Shown in pieces: positions 61,175 through 64,000 of a DNA stretch of 64,000 nucleotides. The notes under the pieces are model-generated. The model searched no databases. It was not told the DNA's origin and saw nothing but the letters and a program-made list of their open reading frames with translations. The number at the start of each line of letters is the position of its first letter. Position 1 is the first letter of the stretch. The DNA is from Squalus acanthias (lineage: Eukaryota). A program made the translations under genes and the position numbers. Location: contig CM059438.1 in assembly GCA_030390025.1 (NCBI GenBank), forward strand, positions 33,852,001 through 33,916,000, written 5' to 3'.

Positions 61175-63074
61175 CAAGAGGGGCAAAGCGAGAGTATGAG
61201 AATAGAATGGCAGCCAACATAAAAGGGAATCCAAAAGTCTTCTATAGGCGTATAAATATTAAACGGGTAGTAAGAGGAGGGGTGGGGCCGATTAGGGACC
61301 ATAAAGGAGACCTACGCATGGAGGCAGAGGGCATGGCTGAGGTACTAAATGAGTACTTTGCACCTGTCTTCACCAAGAAAGAAGATGCTGCCATAGACAT
61401 AGTGAAGGATGAGGTAGAGGAGATATTGGATGGGATAAAAATTGATAAAGTCGAGGTACTAGAAAGGCTGGCAGTACTTAAAGTAGATAAGTCACCAAGA
61501 CTAGCTGGGATGCATCCTCAGGGAGGTGAAGGAAGGAAGGAATCACAGAGGTACTGGCTATAATCTTCCAATCCTCCTTGGAAATGGGGGTGGTGTCAGA
61601 GGACTGGAGAATTGCAAATCTTACACCCTTGTTCAAAAAAGGGTATAAAGATAAACCCAGCAACTACAGGCCAGTCAGCTTAACCTTGGTAGTGGGGAAG
61701 CTTTTAGAAACAATAATCATGGACAAAATTAACTGTCACTTGGACAAGTGTGGATTAATTAAGGAAAGCCAACATGGATTTGTTAAAGGCAAATCATGTT
61801 TAACCAAATTGATTGAGTTTTTTGATGAGGTAACAGAGAGAGTTGATGAGGGCAATACGGTTGACGTGGTGTATATGGATTTCCAAAAGGTGTTTGACAA
61901 AGTGTCACATAATAGGCTTTCCAGCAAAGTTGAAGCCCATGGAATAAAAGGGACAGTAGCAGCATGGATACAAAATTGGCTAAGTGACAGGAAATAGAGA
62001 GTAGTGGTGAACGGTTGTTTTTCGGACTGGAGGAAGGTATACACTGGTGTTCCCCAGGGGTCGGTTCTAGGACCACTGCTTTTCTTGATATATATTGGGC
62101 CAGAAATTCGGGTCTCCACGGGTGAGTACGCGCTGGGTACTCACCCGTAGACCCAACGAAAGTGCCGGTTTCGCACATGCACTGCGCATGCGCTGGAAAC
62201 TGGAACTTCCGTTCCCCTGAAGGAAGGGGTTCAGAGGTCGAACGCATGCGCTGGAGAGGCAGCGCGTAGACCTCGAACTTCGGGTTTTTTTCAGGTTTCT
62301 CCGTGAGGGTAAGTACGGAGAAGCTGCGCGGGGAAAAAGGAGGCGCAGGGTCTGCTTTTAACAAGGTAAGTGGTGAATTAAGTACAATTTAAACATTTTT
62401 TCAACAGGTTTATCTTTTTTACATACTTTAAAGAAAGGTAAGTTTATTTTTAGCACCGTTGAAAGGTGTAATTAATTGTTTCAAAAATTTACATTTTTGT
62501 TTAAAGTAGTTAATTTATGTAATTTATAGTTATTTTAAAAATGTGATGTTTTTTTAAAATTTATTTGAAGTTTTAGTGAAGTTTTGGGGCCGATCTCTAT
62601 TCATAGATTTGACAGGTCTTCCTGTCAAATCTATGAATGAAGATTCCCTGCTCCGATTGGCTCTCCATGCGATCCCAGGGGACGCTTCGAACTAACTGCG
62701 CCCCTGGGATATGCAAGCACTGCGCGCCAGCAGCTGGAGGAAGCCCAGGAGCCGAATTCCACGCGGGCCCAAAGTACAACGGCAGGCGCGGTATGTAAGT
62801 ACACGCGCGATTCTTGCACCCGCGGGAAGCCGCAGAGCCAAATTTCTGGCCCATTAATGACTTGGATGTGGGTGTACAGGGCACAATTTCAAAATTTGTA
62901 GAAGACACAAATCTTGTAAGTATAGTGAACAGTGAGGAGAATAGTGATAGACTTCAAGAGGTCATAGATAGGCTGGTGGAATGGACGGACACGTGGCAGA
63001 TGAAATTTAACGCAGAGAAGCGCAAAGTGATATATTTTGGTAGAAAGAATGAAGAGAGGAAATATAAACTAAAG
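61175..63074 (+). mobile_element. CR1 LINE fragment (similar to 39982-41790) interrupted by a MITE and by a Gypsy element
   Basis: RT reading resumes across the MITE (tatatt|aatgac = YIND) and stops at the LTR. Confidence 0.9.
62097..62852. mobile_element. Harbinger-type MITE with perfect 12-bp TIRs and ATT TSD
   Basis: GGGCCAGAAATT / AATTTCTGGCCC; ATT at 62094-62096 and 62853-62855; empty site reconstructable from the CR1 frame. Confidence 0.92.
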
Positions 63075-63322
63075 TGTGGCGGATCGCCACCTAAACGGGC
63101 ATTTTCCACTTTTCTGTCCGTGGACAATATATCGGGCACCTTGCCTTTAAGGCACCTTGCCTTTAAGGCAGGAGAAAAGGAGTGGGCGGGGCCTCAGGAT
63201 TTTTCCAGCGAATTCTGTGAGCAGTTTGTTTCAGACATTTTTGACCAGGCAGTTGTATTAAAAAGCCTTTGTTTTCCACACATGGACTCAGTCTTAATTC
63301 GTGTTTCGCGGCAGCCTCAACA
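63075..63322 (+). mobile_element. 5' LTR (248 bp) of a Gypsy LTR retrotransposon
   Basis: Begins TG, ends CA; internal ATTAAA; immediately followed by a PBS; interrupts the CR1. Confidence 0.8.
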
Positions 63323-63323
63323 T

Positions 63324-63337
63324 TGGTGACGCCGACG
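63324..63337 (+). promoter_or_regulatory. Primer-binding site complementary to tRNA-Trp
   Basis: TGGTGACGCCGACG versus the canonical Trp PBS TGGTGACCCCGACG (one mismatch). Confidence 0.8.
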
Positions 63338-63362
63338 CTCAGAACATATTCCGAGCACTGCA

Positions 63363-64000
63363 ATGGCGGACACGAACGCAGTTTCCGTGAAACTGCCGGA
63401 GTTTTGGGAAAACCAGCCCGAAGCCTGGTTTCTCCAAGCTGAATCCCGCTTCCGGCTGCGAAACATCACCACAGATGGGACGCAGTACGACTACCTCGTC
63501 ACATCACTTGGTAGCTCCACAGTTTTGAAGGTTTGGACAGCGCTGCAGAACCCACCAGAGGAAGGCAAGTATGCACATCTTAAGGAAGCGCTCCTTAAAA
63601 AATTTACGGCCTCGGCATACCAGCGAAACTGCCACCTCCTCGACCTTTCAGGCCTCGGTGATGCCTCACTATCAGACCTCCTCTCCCACATGCTCTCCCT
63701 CACCGACGAGAGCCCACCCAGATCCCTCTTCCACACGCTATTCATCCGCCAGATACCTCTCAGCATCCGCCCAGCGATCGTGGCGTCCGGCCTCACGAAC
63801 CTGGAAGCCCTGGCCGATGAGGCCGACAAGCTGCTGTCCGCTCACTCCAGCCGCGACGTCACTCCGGACCTGGCAGCCAATGCCTGGGCACGCCCCTCAT
63901 CGGCCACCACGCGGCCACAAGGACCAGCCACCAGGCCCACGGGGCCTTCGCGCCCCACTAACCCGGGCCACTGTTACTACCACGCACGGTTCGGCGCCAG
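63363..64000 (+). CDS. Gag of a CsRn1-clade Gypsy element (open at the window end): MADTNAVSVKLPEFWENQPEAWFLQAESRFRLRNIT...CYYHARFGA
   Basis: Stop-free from ATG 63363; KLPxFW...PxxWFxQxExxF N-terminal motif; start of the CX2H (CHCC) knuckle; absent from the ORF track because it has no stop in the window. Confidence 0.88.
   Translation, partial: MADTNAVSVKLPEFWENQPEAWFLQAESRFRLRNITTDGTQYDYLVTSLGSSTVLKVWTALQNPPEEGKYAHLKEALLKKFTASAYQRNCHLLDLSGLGDASLSDLLSHMLSLTDESPPRSLFHTLFIRQIPLSIRPAIVASGLTNLEALADEADKLLSAHSSRDVTPDLAANAWARPSSATTRPQGPATRPTGPSRPTNPGHCYYHARFGA

Overview
Eukaryotic, repeat-dense DNA from a cartilaginous fish (shark-like; inferred from SacSINE1/Deu-type SINEs, an HE1-like V-SINE, and shark-type CR1 and Penelope repeats). 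The window appears to lie inside one host gene on the minus strand, terminal deoxynucleotidyl transferase (DNTT/TdT). Four internal coding exons are visible (171, 72, 124 and 133 bp; 47734 to 28806; all GT-AG and phase-compatible). I did not find the flanking exons, so the adjacent introns are >16 kb and >28 kb. The introns are packed with transposable elements. The most notable is a PIF/Harbinger system. One copy is complete and apparently intact (9417-13617; TIRs, ATT TSD, 386-aa DDE transposase, convergent 3-exon ~459-aa Myb/SANT gene not resolved by the ORF track). A second copy lies in inverted orientation (1-3600, transposase frameshifted). There are also several non-autonomous derivatives and older relics. 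Also present: Penelope-like elements with minimal hammerhead ribozyme motifs (including a near-perfect 128-bp-arm hairpin), many CR1/L2 LINE fragments (one with a near-intact ORF2), SINEs, and the 5' end of a CsRn1-clade Gypsy LTR retrotransposon. No prokaryotic-type system or CRISPR array is present. Coordinates of degenerate repeats are approximate.
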